Assembly (NCBI RefSeq): GCF_032191835.1
Contig: NC_083239.1
Span: 39,494,001 to 39,558,000, forward strand
Direction: 5' to 3'
DNA: 64,000 nt
DNA from: Heteronotia binoei
Taxonomy: Eukaryota
Both the position numbers and the translations under genes were made by a program. The notes below the pieces were generated by a model that did no database searches, was not told the origin of the DNA, and was given only the letters and a program-made list of their open reading frames with translations. Positions 45,208 to 58,415 of this stretch are shown here, piece by piece. Each line of letters opens with the position of its first letter. Position 1 is the first letter of the stretch.

Positions 45208-46778
45208 CAGGGGTGGGGAACCTTTTATGCCAAGGGCCATTTGGATATTTATAACATCATTCGCGGGCCATACAAAATTATCAACTTAAAAAACAGTGCT
45301 CTGCTGAGGGAGAACGATTCAGGCCGGCAAAATTAATGCAAATAATAGTTTTTCTATTTGAAGGCAGATGGGGAGAGCCTAATTCAGCACACACACACAA
45401 CGACCCACCACGCTAGGCAAATGCCTAGGTCCAGGCATATTAGCCCACATCCCCTAATATTAGCATATTAGGTCACATTAGCATCAGGTGTGATGTCAGT
45501 CTGTTGCTACCATCTGGGATAATCACTTGCAAATTGAACTAGTAGTAGCTGGCTCCCACCCCCCAACCCTGCCACCCCTCCCTCCCTCCCTTCAGCTGCT
45601 CCCAGCAGACATAAGAACATAAGAGAAGCCATGTTGGATCAGGCCAACGGCCCATCAAGTCCAACACTCTGTGTCACACAGTGGCAAAAAATTTTATATA
45701 CACACATACACTGTGGCTAATAGCCACTGATGGACCTGTGCTCCATATTTTTATCTAAACCCCTCTTGAAGGTGGCTATACTTGTGGCCGCCACCACCTC
45801 CTGTGGCAGTGAATTCCACATGTTAATCACCCTTTGGGTGAAGAAGTACTTCCTTTTATCCGTTTTAACCTTTCTGCTCAGCAATTTCATCGAATGCCCA
45901 CGAGTTCTTGTATTGTGAGAAAGGGAGAAAAGTACTTCTTTCTCTACTTTCTCCATCCCATGCATTATCTTGTAAACCTCTATCATGTCACCCCGCAGTC
46001 GACGTTTCTCCAAGCTAAAGAGTCCCAAGCGTTTCAACCTTTCTTCATAGGGAAAGTGCTCCAGCCCTTTAATCATTCTAGTTGCCCTTCTCTGGACTTT
46101 CTCCAATGCTATAATATCCTTTTTGAGGTGCGGCGACCAGAACTGCACACAGTACTCCAAATGAGACCGCACCATCGATTTATACAGGGGCATTATGATA
46201 CTGGCTGATTTGTTTTCAATCCCCTTCCTAATAATTCCCAGCATGGCGTTGGCCTTTTTTATTGCAGATGCACACTGTCTTGACATTTTCAGTGAGTTAT
46301 CTACTACGACCCCAAGATCTCTCTCTTGGTCAGTCTCTGCCAGATCACACCCCATCAACTTGTATTTGTAGCTGGGATTCTTGGCCCCAATGTGCATTAC
46401 TTTGCACTTGGCCACATTGAACCGCATCTGCCACGTTGACGCCCACTCACCCAGCCTCAACAGATCCCTTTGGAGTTCCTCACAATCCTCTCTGGTTCTC
46501 ACCACCCTGAACAATTTAGTGTCATCCGCAAACTTGGCCACTTCACTGCTCACTCCCAACTCTAAATCATTTATGAACAAATTAAAGAGCATGGGACCCA
46601 GTACCGAGCCCTGCGGCACCCCACTGCTTACAGACTTTTAAAGGCACCCACATATCCCACCAGCAATCTTTCACAATGCCCATGAGAGAGGGGGGCTCAG
46701 CCCAGCAAGCCCCGAGGCCCAGACCAAGTGATCTCAAGGGCTATAAACGGCCCTCGGGTCTGATGTTCCCCACCCCTG
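45208..46778. mobile_element. hAT-Charlie-type non-autonomous element containing a nested CR1
   Basis: TIRs CAGGGGTGGGGAAC...GTTCCCCACCCCTG; 8-bp TSD CTTTATGG/TTTTATGG. Confidence 0.8.
45610..46630 (-). mobile_element. CR1 LINE, 5'-truncated, with an open RT C-terminal ORF (45717-46619)
   Basis: PQGSVLGP, KFADDTKL, RSHLEYCVQFWSPH, LFSLEKRRLRGD; 3' tail repeats ttcttatg. Confidence 0.95.
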
Positions 46779-48237
46779 TTTTATGGTCTCCCACCCAAGT
46801 ACTAACCAGAATCAACCCTGCTTAGCTTCCAGGATAACATTGCCAGATCCCCTCGTCATCATGGTGGGGGGATTTGGGGGTTGTTCTGGGGGCCGACAGG
46901 ACATTGCGCACGACGTCCCCAACACGATGATGTCACCCAGAAATCATGTCGGCAACATCCGCTCTAGTTTTGGGGTAAAACTCTATGGAAATTACATCAC
47001 CAAGTTGGGGTGGGGTTTCCCCCAACTAGTCAGCAGCAGATTGAAGCCCCCAAAAGCAGGGGGAAACCCCACTGGGACCTGGGGGCTGGCAACCCAACTC
47101 CGAGATCTGATGATATCATGACAGCCTGGGCTTCTTATGCAGCAATTATTTCCCGCTGAAATAAAGTGAGTTCAGCCAGCTCTGAATCAACCAAGAACAC
47201 TTTATTGCAAGAAGAAACGGTCATAAAGGAACACAAGTAAAACAGCAAGTATATACAATCTGGCCATGGTTAACCACATCCTCCTAGCAGGCAAAAGTTA
47301 CTCCCAGGCCTGGTGCATGGGGTTCTACCGCCCAAGGCCCACCCCTCACCTCCCAGGAAAAAGCCATCGTGCGCAGGCAAAGAGCAGGAAGAAGAAGAAG
47401 ACGATGATGACTGCAGATTTATACCCCGCCCTTCAGAGACTCAGAGTGGCTTACAATCTCCTATATCTTCTCCCTCCACAACAGACACCCTGTGAGCTGA
47501 GAGGGACTGAGAGGGCTCTCCCAGCAGCTGCCCTTTCAATGACAACCCCTGCGATAGCTATGGCTGACCCAAGGCCATTCCAGCAGCTGTAAATGGAGGA
47601 GTGGGTGATCAAACCTGGTTCTCCCAGATAAGAGTCCACACGCTTAACCACTACACCAAACTGGCTCTCAGGAGAGATTGATTAAGAAACCACGGAATTT
47701 CTGTAACCCATGGTCACTTCTGGGTACAGTCTCCTACCCCCAGATAATTCTAGGAATTGACAAAAACTCTATGATATTATTATAGAGTTTCCATCAATTC
47801 CTAGAACTACGCACTGCCACTTCCAGATTGGACACAGAACAGACATTCCAGCATGGAGGCCAACAGTGACCTTTTTTCTTGCCACTCAAAGCCCAAGCAG
47901 ACAATGGAAAAGGTCAGTGAGGAGATTCCCTCTATAGCAAGGGAACTCAAAGTCCTACAGACAGTACAGAGCTGCTTCTGTGTGAAATTATGAATAAACA
48001 CATTGAATGGTCTTGCACAGCGCTTTTTTCGTAGCAGGAACTCCTTGGCATATTAGGTCACACCCTGTGGTGTACCCAATCCTCCTGGAGCTTACAGTAG
48101 GCCCTGTACTAAGAGCCCTGTAAGCTCTTGGAAGATTGGCTACACCCGGGGTGTGTGGCCTAATATGAAAATAAGTTCTAGCTACAAAAAAAAAGCCCTA
48201 GTTTTGCAGGAAAGGTGGGAACCAAGATCAGCAACAT

Positions 48238-49311
48238 TTATAAGTTATGAGAGTCCAGGTGCACTGAGGATTTGGTCTTAGTTTGGGTCGTACTTTGGCT
48301 TTCCTCCTCAACGAAGGCGTTCTCAAATACCGAGAGGATGGAGTGTTTCAGCCTTTCCCTGAAATCGTGCCTCATGAAGACATACAGGATGGGATTCAGG
48401 CAGCTGTTGATGAAGGTCAGGCTGGTAGCCAAAAGAACACCAATAAAGATTGTCGATTGCATTGCGGGATCCTTGTAGACGTGAAGCTGCAGGAAAGAGA
48501 AAACATGATAGGGGAGCCAGCAGATGAAAAAGGCCACAATCACTGCAGTGATGACCTTGAAGGGCTTGCTAGACCGGGCCAAGCGGTCCCTCCTCAGCCT
48601 CAGAACAATCACCCCATAGCAAATAAGGATGACTTGAAAGGGGATCGCAAATCCAAAGATGAAACGGCTGATAATCACGGCATGGTGGGTGACTTTTGCC
48701 TGTTTCTCATCAGGGCTATAGTTGTTAGAACAGTGGATCCCATCCTCCGTCAGCATAGTGTTCCTGAAATGGATGGTCGGCGAACTCAACATGAGGGCCA
48801 GAATCCAGACCCCGAGAGCCACGAAGGAAGCACATTTGGGGTTCCGGTGATTCTGAGCCCACACAGGACATAATACAGAAATACAGCGGTCTATGCTGCT
48901 CACCATGAGGAGGTAGACGCTGGCATAAAGGTTGACAAAGGCCAAGCTGCTGTTGAACTTGCACATGGCCTCCCCAAAGGGCCAGTGAAAGTTCAGGGCT
49001 AGATAGACAATGTTCAAGGGCAGGAAGAAGGTGAAGGTGAAGTCAGCAATGGCCAAGTTGAGGAACCAGATGGCATTGACCGTCTTCTTCATACGGAAGC
49101 TGATGATGAAAATGACCAGCCCATTTCCGATGACCCCCAGAATGAAGACAATGCTATAGATTACCATAGAGAGGATGATAAGCCTTTTCTTCAAAGTTTG
49201 TTCAAAGAGATAGTTTTCATCATTATTACGCAAGACATAAGAGATGGCCGTGTCAACACTGGAATCTGGGTGAGCAACCTCAGTTGGGGTAAGTTGAGTT
49301 GTGTTGTCCAT
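48238..49311 (-). CDS. CMKLR1-like GPCR, copy 4, 357 aa
   Basis: Intact 7TM ORF; acceptor AG at 49354-49353; variants SSIDRC, FLQL and MRHDF relative to the other copies. Confidence 0.9.
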   Translation of the reverse strand: MDNTTQLTPTEVAHPDSSVDTAISYVLRNNDENYLFEQTLKKRLIILSMVIYSIVFILGVIGNGLVIFIISFRMKKTVNAIWFLNLAIADFTFTFFLPLNIVYLALNFHWPFGEAMCKFNSSLAFVNLYASVYLLMVSSIDRCISVLCPVWAQNHRNPKCASFVALGVWILALMLSSPTIHFRNTMLTEDGIHCSNNYSPDEKQAKVTHHAVIISRFIFGFAIPFQVILICYGVIVLRLRRDRLARSSKPFKVITAVIVAFFICWLPYHVFSFLQLHVYKDPAMQSTIFIGVLLATSLTFINSCLNPILYVFMRHDFRERLKHSILSVFENAFVEEESQSTTQTKTKSSVHLDSHNL

Positions 49312-50676
49312 GGCCTTTTGGGGGAGACTCTTCGTCTTGCTTCTGTCTTCTCCTGGATGGAAAAAGAAGAACATAAGTACTGCGTTGTGGGATCATATCA
49401 TTGTCCATCTATCTGAGCAATCATTTTCCAACAGCTATCAACCTGTGGAGCTTCACAAGCAAAGACCTGTAGAGGACAGCTTTTGCCCTGGAATTTGTGC
49501 TCCAGCATCTGGCTGCCAGAAGGTTGAACCACAGAGTTTTGGTGGGATGCCAGAATGTCACTGGCAACCCTCTGATGTTACTTCCACTCATGTCAGAATT
49601 GACATCAGCATGTTAGTATGCTGATGATCGCTCCTCTCACCCCCCCCCCCCCGTGTTCTCCCATGGCTCAGATGACCAGCAGCAGAAAGGACCCACTGAA
49701 GGTTGTAGATTCCCCACCCCAGCAGGAATATGGAAAGCCTACGGGCCAACCTGGCTCTGCCCTGTTGGAAGTGCTTGATGCGATGTCCCTGGGTCTCAGA
49801 CCTCCAGAAGCAAGTGACCACAGAGTGTGCAAGCAGATAGGCAAACACTAAGCAACTTCTTATTTACTTTCTGCTGTTAACAGTGTCCTTTTGAAGTTCA
49901 GATGAACATTCCTTAGAGAAAAGCAACTTCCTTTTGTCTTCTCTGTCTCTGTCTCTCTCTGCCTGTCTCTCACTGTCCCCCTCCCTCTCTCTCTCTCCGC
50001 CTTTCCCTTTCCATGCGCACAGGATGGGAATCCAGGGTGCTCCTCTCTGTATCCACTCCCATCTACTAGCTAGGTAACCTAGGAATCCTATATCTCTTCA
50101 ACTGTCTAACATGTATTAAAGTAGTTATTATTTTGTTTCAATGTGAAACATGGCTCTGTGTAACTTTATAACATTGTAAGCACATGGTCAGGTCTAAGAC
50201 AAGCACTGCTGCATTAAAGCCTTGTGCACTTTGCTAACAAAAGAAGGATCTGGACCACCAGAACCAGTACCCTTCCCAGCAGGTTATGGGCCCAGCCTAT
50301 TACACCTGCTCAGAACTGAATCAGAAGCTGAACTCAAACAACTTGATGATGTTACACACTATCAAGGCATACAGATACAAAAAAGTGGGTCACAAAGCCT
50401 CTGAAAGTGGGGCTTAGACCAGCCCTCCCTAATTGCCTCCCTTGCCTTTTCCATTGCTCTTTTTTTATTTTGGAAGCCAAGATCTGACCTTGAAAACAAT
50501 GTCTTCCCTGCCATACATTAGTTGGTATTTTTTTTTATTCCCTGCTTATACATGTTGAGCAAGGAAAATGTGTCCTGATGGTGGCTAGAGGGAGTTGCTT
50601 AGAAGTTTAGGGGAAGGGATTGAAGTAGGGTTGCCAGCCTCCAGGTGGGACCTGGAGATTTCCAACTGATCTCCAG

Positions 50677-52270
50677 CATTAAGTTCTCCTTTCAGAGTGA
50701 TCCAGATATGATAGCCTTTCTGGACATGCTGGTTTTTCAGTTTGAGAACAACGCAATAGCCATCAGAAACCATAAGAAACCTGCGGCTAAGAATAACTAT
50801 TTACATTTTTTTCTTCGTTTAACCCACCCTATTTATGGAACAATTTGCAATATGGGCAGTTTCTATGGATAAAAAAAAATTGTACTCAGGAGAAAGATTT
50901 TTTCAAGGCAAGTAACCATTTGACTACACAGTTTAGGGAGAGAGGATACCCAGAACAAGTGATTAGACAAGCTAGATCGAGGGCAGCTCAAAAGAACAGG
51001 TCCGAGATATTAAACGGCAGCAGGGCAGATGGGAAGGAGAACAGATTGTCATGCTCCTTTCAATACAGCCCACGGGCATTAGAAATCAAGTAAATTATTC
51101 TGCGACACTGGAATATTGTAGCAGACATCTCAGGCTGTGCCCTCCCCCCAATAGTAGGTTTCTGGAGATCCTGAAATATATGAGCTATTTTAATTAAAAC
51201 TGACTTACCGGGAGAAAGTGTTCCTTCACGTTTGCCTGTTGGACATTTCTGGTGCGGGGGGTGCAAAGCTTGTGGATATGCGTTAACCTTTACATCATAT
51301 AATGACCCTAGGTCCAATGTAAAGATTGATCTGACTTCATTTACTAACTGCAACTCTAAAAATGTGATTTATGCCTTGATATGTGGAGATTCTAAAATAT
51401 ATGTGGGTTGTTCAAGGAGAACTATAAAGACACGTGTCTTAGAACATATTTCCTATGTTCGTCACCAGGTTCCGGGCGCTTTTTCAACATTTTATAGAGA
51501 CTAATCATGATATCGAGTCCTTAAGGTTTTTTGTAATTCAGAAGTTGGAGAGATCTGAGTGTAAAGGAGGTGATCCATACAGGATTTTATTGGGAAAAGA
51601 GGCTCGATGGATTCATCGCCTCAACTCAATGGAAACCTTTGGCTTGAATCAATCTAATAATTTGTCATGCTATATCTAAGTGTTTACTGGAGTACATGTT
51701 GCAAAATAGTTTACTGAGTTTTATAGTCATGGTCATGTTGCGATTATGCGCAACGGCTGTGGTAGAAGTTATATTGCTTGTGTGCGAGTGCAATTCATGC
51801 CGTCTCTTGAAAAGAATGTCTAAAGAAATGGACAAGTAAAAGTGATACTTGAAGAGGTATTTTTGTAAGTTTGTTTCACAATTTACCCCCCTTTTTTGAA
51901 TGGTGGAGGTTAGGCTTGTAACTCCTTTATTTTTCTACAGCAAATGCTAAGGTTGTTATTCGGCTTTGTTTAAGCGCAACATGGATCATATAGCCGGACA
52001 CCACGTGAAGGAAAATTACCCTTTGGAGCTGAATTCTGAATATTGACTCTTTATGGATTGAACTTTAGATCTATTGTGACCTTTACTAAAGAAGAAAACT
52101 CGGAGGAGTCATACAGAACGAACTTCTTGTTGCTTTAAGAGACACTGGACCTTTGGAAGTACTGTTTTGAATTGTGCTATGTATCTTTTGTATTTACAGT
52201 GTTAACTTTATATTATATAGTTTTTCAATAGTTTTGTTTTTCAGGGGCAGTTGTTTTTTCTATTTTGTTA
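50677..52270 (+). mobile_element. Penelope-like element, paralogous duplicate of 35712-36830 with a longer 3' tail
   Basis: Same 5' junction and RT/GIY-YIG remnants, with additional stops and frameshifts. Confidence 0.85.
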
Positions 52271-52329
52271 TCACTGTACCGCAACTGGTTTGCTCTCCCC
52301 CTGGAGAAAATGGCTACTTGGAAGGGCTG

Positions 52330-52610
52330 AAGATATTGAAGAAGAAGATATTGGATTTATATCCCGCCCTCGACTCCGAAGAGTCTCAGAGCAGCTCACA
52401 ATCTCCTTTACCTTCCTCCCCCACAACAGACACCCTGTGAGGTGGGTGGGGCTGGAGAGGGCTCTCACAGCAGCTGCCCTTTCAAGGACAACTTCTGCCA
52501 GCTATGGCTGACCCAAGGCCATTCCAGCAGCTGCAAGTGGAGGAGTGTGGAATCAAACCCGGTTCTCCCAGATAAGAGTCCGCACACTTAACCACTACAC
52601 CAAACTGGCT
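52330..52610 (-). mobile_element. tRNA-derived gecko-type SINE
   Basis: gaagaagaagatattggatttatatcccgcc...ttaaccactacaccaaactgg. Confidence 0.8.
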
Positions 52611-53529
52611 TTCTATGGCATTTGACTCTACGGCATGGTACCAGGCTGAGGCCCCTCTCATCCCCAAACCCCATCCTCTCCTGGATACACCCCCAAAGTC
52701 TCCAGGCATTTTCCAACACAGATCTGGCAACTCTAAGGAGAAATGGAGAAGGAGAGGGTGGTCAGAGGCTGGAATCTCATCTCCTTGGGCAAACACCCAA
52801 GAAGTCAATGTTAGAATGTCACTTGCTTGGAGTTCAGACTAGGGTCAGCTGTGTCCTTTGGTTTGTCACTGTGTACAAAATGAAACGTTGACCTAGATGG
52901 GTGCCAAGTCTGGTTGTTTTTTGCCCAGGGTGCCAAAAAGCTCACCATACCAAGGCAATCTGGATTTGTTGGTCACCATACTGAAAAAGTTAGGGACCAT
53001 TGCCCTCAGGGAAATGGCAGCTTCGGAAGGTGGAGTCCATAGCATCTCATCCCTACTGACCGCCCCAAATTTCTCCCTTTCCAGGCTTCGTCCCCAGGTC
53101 TCCAGGAATTCCCCAACCTGGATAGGGCAACAATAGACACAGGCAGCAGTGAATTTTATACAAGCCAAATTTTGCGGTCTGTATAATGAGGGTTACCAGG
53201 TCAGAGTTTGGAGGTGGTGGCAGCTACAAGTATAGCCAGCTTCAAGAGGGGATTGGATAAGCATATGGAGCAGAGGTCCATCAGTGGTTATTAATCTCCA
53301 GGAGTTTCCAAACCTAGAGCTGGTAACACCAGACACAGTATCCCTGGCCAAACTGGCCTGGAAAAAATTGCTTCCTGACCCCAAACTGGTGATTGACATT
53401 CTCCTGGGCATATAAGAAAGGGCCATAAGAACTAATCACTGATGTGATCCTTCCTGCCCTCCTTCTCTGCCCAAGTTCACAGAATCAACATTGCTCAGAA
53501 CTCTGCATGGTTCATTGGTTTGCACTGAC

Positions 53530-53738
53530 CTGGTCGGAGGTTGAACGGTGTCCCAAATGGGAGAATGCAGACTCCTGTGAGGGATTTCCCTCGGAAGAAC
53601 AGATCAAGAGATTCTGGACCAACGAATAATGAAGTCCTTCAGTTAACTGATGGCTGTTCAGCGATGAAACTGATCACTTGCTAGTGCTCTTACTGCCCCA
53701 CCTTCCTTGTTATGCTTCTCAAGCCTTCCTCTTATACA
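53530..53738 (-). promoter_or_regulatory. Putative promoter and non-coding first exon of copy 4
   Basis: TATAAGAGGAAG (TATAA at 53736-53732) and donor CAG|GTCAGT (GT at 53529-53528). Confidence 0.5.
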
Positions 53739-56484
53739 TGAGCTCTTAAGGGGGTGTGGAAATTCTGGATGGTCTATATCTAAGCATCAACTTTGTGGGT
53801 CGATGGGGAAGTTGGGCACTGTTCTGTGACACACTGTGGTTCATGTTGTTCATGTAGAAAAACAACCCAAAGATTCTTTCAGCAATGGTTGAGTTTGCAG
53901 ATAATGTTAGGTGGAGTGGAACCCCAGGTCCCAGCCGGCTCTCTTCCTAAGCCTTTAACAGGGCTTTATTTGTAGCAGGAACTCCTTTGCATATTAGGCC
54001 ACACACCCCTGATGTAGCCAAGGAAGGACTTCAGTTTCTCCTAGGTTCTGTGCAATACCATAGAAACTGTCCTTCAAAGCTGCCATTTCCTTCCAGGGAA
54101 CTGATTTCTGTTCTCTGGAGATCAATGGTGATTTCCAGGTGATCTCCAGGCCTTACCTGGTTGTTGGCAACCTATCTGTTATGTGTACTAATTGGTGTTC
54201 CTGCCTGGCACATTGGAGCCTGAAAGACTGAGCTTGGTGACTTAGGAACAATGGGCAGTAGGATCCAAATCTCAACTGCCCTGCTCCAATCACAGGGCCC
54301 CTGTTGGTTTGAATGACCCAATAACATGCTAGCGTGGGAACCCAGTGTTGTATATCAGGGGTGGCCAACGGTAGCTCTCCAGATGTTTTTTGCCTACAAC
54401 TCCCATCAGCCCCAGCCATTGGCCATGCTGAATGAGGCTGATGGGAGTTGTAGGCAAAAACATCTGGAGAGCTACCGTTGGCCACCCCTGTTGTATATAG
54501 TTGGCCCAGCAGGCCCCGTTTGCCAGTTCAGTTGGTGCAGCCAGTCACCATGCTGTACTCAGTAAAGAGCTTGTTATCACAACTACCTCGCCTCTTCAAT
54601 GCCTAAGAACCCACTATATTTTACTATCTTTAAACCTTTCCATTTCCATTGTTTGCACAAAATACACCCCTCCACATACAGGCAGCTGCTCTTCTCCTTA
54701 AATCAGGGATGAAGAGTTCCATATTACTTCTCAGGGAGAAAAGTCACTAGAGGAGGTATTCTGAGGAGACAGCCAGATAAGAGTCTGCACACTTAATAGG
54801 CCAACTAGTGCCCCCCCCCCCCCCGTGTTTTCAGTTCAGGAAGAAAGCTGGCATCCTTGCATGACATGGTTCTGATCCAAATAGAGCACCCCACGCATGA
54901 ATTGATAAGAACTCGCAACTGAGTTTGGGCTGGACAAAATCCCCCAGGGGGGATTCTACACTGGGCAAAAGACCCAGTAATACTACCCTTTCAGATGTGA
55001 CAATCTACACTGAAAACTGGCCTCACTACTGTCTTGCTCCAGCGTTTTTGCTACCATCTACACTTGAAATCCTGGAACAGCAGTGAAGCCGTATCCGGCT
55101 CGGTGTTGCTCCTTATTTTCCAAGACCAGAAATCCAGCGGAGTTTAAGTGGAGTTGATTCTTTTGGTTGCTTTTCTTCATTACCACCAGCAGGTGCCGTT
55201 TTCCGCAGCAATCCTCATAGGTCGGTCCTATGTGACGTCCTATGTTATCTGATCGGACTACCAGGTAACAATGGGCAAGGGGGAGGCTCCAGGATTACAA
55301 TTAATAGAAAGAATGGAGAAGAAAACTTCTGGTATGATGGTGATGGAGAGCTGTTAAACATGTCAATGGATGGCCAAATTGACACCTAGGTGACACGTCT
55401 ACACAAAGCTACTTGGCTTTCAGGTGAAGATGCCTTTTTTCTGCTGGCACAATCCTTTGTTTTGGGTTCTGTTGGAGAAAGCTTTAGGCAGTCTGTGCGC
55501 TTGAAATGAAATTGAGAAGGCAGTCCCTTTCTCAGTTCTGCTACCCAAGAATCATGAAGGAAGAATGGTCTCTCAGCCTATGCAGAGTTCCACACTCATG
55601 TCACAAGGCATTCCTTTTAGCAAGTACTAGCTCAAGCACTCTCACATGAGGAAGCCCCAGTCCTTTTCCCCAGAAATGTTCTGTTCTTAGCTCATCCCAT
55701 TTGGGGAACTTGAAAGCCATAATTCTGGGGAACTTCAGAGAATGGCAGCCGGGGTTCCTTTGTCTGTGAGCCTCCCCTCCTCCCAAGGGAAATGTAACTT
55801 TAAAACTTGAATGTCTCCTAGAATAGAGAAACCTTCTTGTTTTGTAAGGTTAACAGGTAACAGAGGCATCTTTTCCCATAAAGAAAAAAAGAAGTAATAT
55901 TAGACAAGGGCAGTTCTCCAGCCGAGAGCTAGAGACCCCCTGGAATCCCAGCAAGGTTTCCAGCCTTTAGTTTTCTCTGCAGGGTGAAGGGAGTTTGATG
56001 TAATATCTCTATTTTAACCCTTTAAAATGGCAGAATCAAGAACCCGAGAAAAAGAGGTTGAAAAAGGGTTTTGTTTTGTTAATTCAAAGCATTCAGGGCA
56101 AAAGGTAAGGAAATGATCATTTCAACTTTCAAATTGGCTGAATGTAAATCTTTGAAACTCCCAAGCCCATCTTTCTCTGCCACTTATAAAACCAGAAAGT
56201 ATTCATTGCCTCAGCTCTATGAATTTTACAGTGGTATAGCCTCTGAGCTTGTACGGAGTGCCTGAAGACTAGCCCAAATAGAGCTGGCTAAAGCATTGCA
56301 AATGCTCAGCACTCTTGCTACTCCTCCATCAGGAAGAAATGCTAATCATCCCCCCTGTTGCTCACAAAAGCCCACCGTCAATCTCGGTAGGCTATATATA
56401 TGTTTTATTTAAGGCAACTGACATAGGAAACTTTGTTCATCATGCAGTGTCCCTGAAGAGTCTTGGTAAAAGTCGGATCTACAC

Positions 56485-57580
56485 GGATCTTCATGAATTC
56501 ATATGATTTTTACATTGAAATGAAATCAAACCACTGTAATTCTATAGATCCTGTCTTAGACTATAGGCAGGACCACAAAAATCATGCCTCCACAAATTCG
56601 TGGCGCCTCAGCAGTGCAAAAACTGGGTTGCAAAGCACGGATCCTCATGAATTCATATGATTTTTATGGTGAAATGAAATCAAACCACCATCATGTTGTA
56701 GATCCTCTCTTAGACTTTAGGAAGCACCAGAAAAATCATGCCTCCACGAATTTGTGGCGCCACAGCACTGAAAAAACATGTTTCCAAACCATGGATCCTC
56801 ATGGATCCTCATGTTTTTTGCTTTGGGCCACTCCAAGATAACCAGCCAATCACATATCCTGTCCATGGGAAGAGTTTGCACAACAGAAATCATGGATCCA
56901 CGGCTTCGTGGCAGCCCCAGGGACCAAAAACTTGATGTTGGACCATGGATCCTCATGGATCCAGGTGATTTCTGCTTCGGATCCCCCCAAGTCCTCCATC
57001 CAGTCACTTATCATGTCCATGTGCAGAGTTTCCACCACAGAAATCGTGGATCCACAGCTTCGTGGCAGCGCCAGGGACCAAAAACTTGCTTTTGGACCAC
57101 GGATCCACATGACTCTACATGATTTCTGCTTTGGATCCCCCCCAAACCCTCGATCCAGACACATATCATGTCCATGGGCAGAGTTTCCACCACAAAAATT
57201 GTGGATCCACGGCTTCGTGGAAGCGCCAGGGACCAAAAACTTCGTTTTGGACCACAGATCCTCATGGATCCACATGATTTTTGCTTTGGATCCCCCCAAG
57301 CCCTCCATCCAGACACATATCATGTCCATGGGCAGAGTTTAAAGCACAGAAATCATGGACTCACGGCTTCATGGCAGCCCCAGGGATCAAAAACTTGGTT
57401 TTGGACCACAGATCCTCATGGATCCACGTGAGATCTGCTTCGGATCCCCCCAAGCCCTCCTTCCAGTCACTTTCACTTATCATGTCCATGTGCAGTGTTT
57501 CCACCACAGAAATCGTGGATCCACGTCTTCGTGGCAGCGCCAGGGACCAAATCTTGGTTTTGGACCACGGGCCATGCATT
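56485..57580. repeat. Tandem array of about seven ~155-bp units in two subtypes
   Basis: Recurring ccacagaaatc and ggatcctcatgga motifs at about 155-bp spacing; GGATCC-rich. Confidence 0.85.
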
Positions 57581-58228
57581 TGGATCCTGGTGCGCATTGT
57601 GCCCAGTTTCAAAAGCCCAGTTTCTATTGCCCCATTTAGCCTGGCAGTAACACCCAATTATTGACCAGAGTGGCAAATGCAGTGAGCAGTACATGTACAT
57701 GCAAAAGGGAGACGAGAAATGTGAGGATGACAAAAGGGCAAGCTTAGCGATTCAAGGATGGTATTCAAAAGCTGAAAGGAGACAGCTTTATATGTGTAAC
57801 TTTTAGAAGCGATATTATTGTTTTCTACATGGAAAACCGGAAGATGCAAATCTCGCAGCTCTCCGACACTAGAGAAAAAAAAATGGTTTCCAACGCTTAC
57901 TTTTCAATGGGCGCCAGAAAGCGATTAGCGACACCCTGGCAAGTCATTCGATTTAAATTTCAAAGTGAATGCAAGGGCAGCTGCCTTCAGGCCAACCAGC
58001 GAAATGCGGCTCAGTTTGGTAATAGAAATACGCCCTTGCCTGCTTAAACAAAAAAACCAGCCACAGCTTAACAGATGAAACAGCAAACCTTTATGGCAAG
58101 TCATTCATTATAGGTCTCCCCTTCGTCAAACTCTCTCCTTTTACTAGGGTTGCCAAGTCCAATCTCTAAGGCAGGCAGCAAGCTATGGCAAAAAACTTAA
58201 GGCTTATATAGAATCTGGCTATGAGAAC

Positions 58229-58342
58229 GGGATGGTGGCTCAGTGGTAGAGTATCTCCTTGGTAAGCATAAGGTCCCAGGTTTTATCCCTGGCATCTTCA
58301 ACTAAAAATGGTCCAGGCAAGTAGGCATGAAAAACCTCAGCT

Positions 58343-58415
<73 letters not shown>

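Larger units (their letters stand above)
45090..46835 (-). mobile_element. 5S-Sauria-like hybrid SINE split by a hAT element
   Basis: 5S-like head at 46785-46835; Sauria-like body (ggtggtttgccattgc) at about 45090-45199; joined through the TSD of the intervening hAT. Confidence 0.6.

Noticed and set aside
46785-46835. 5S rRNA gene
   Set aside because: Only about 50 nt, diverged, and fused to a SINE body.
56485-57580. CRISPR array or repeat-protein gene
   Set aside because: Eukaryotic context, no unique spacers or cas genes; ORFs occur in many frames on both strands with no consistent coding frame.
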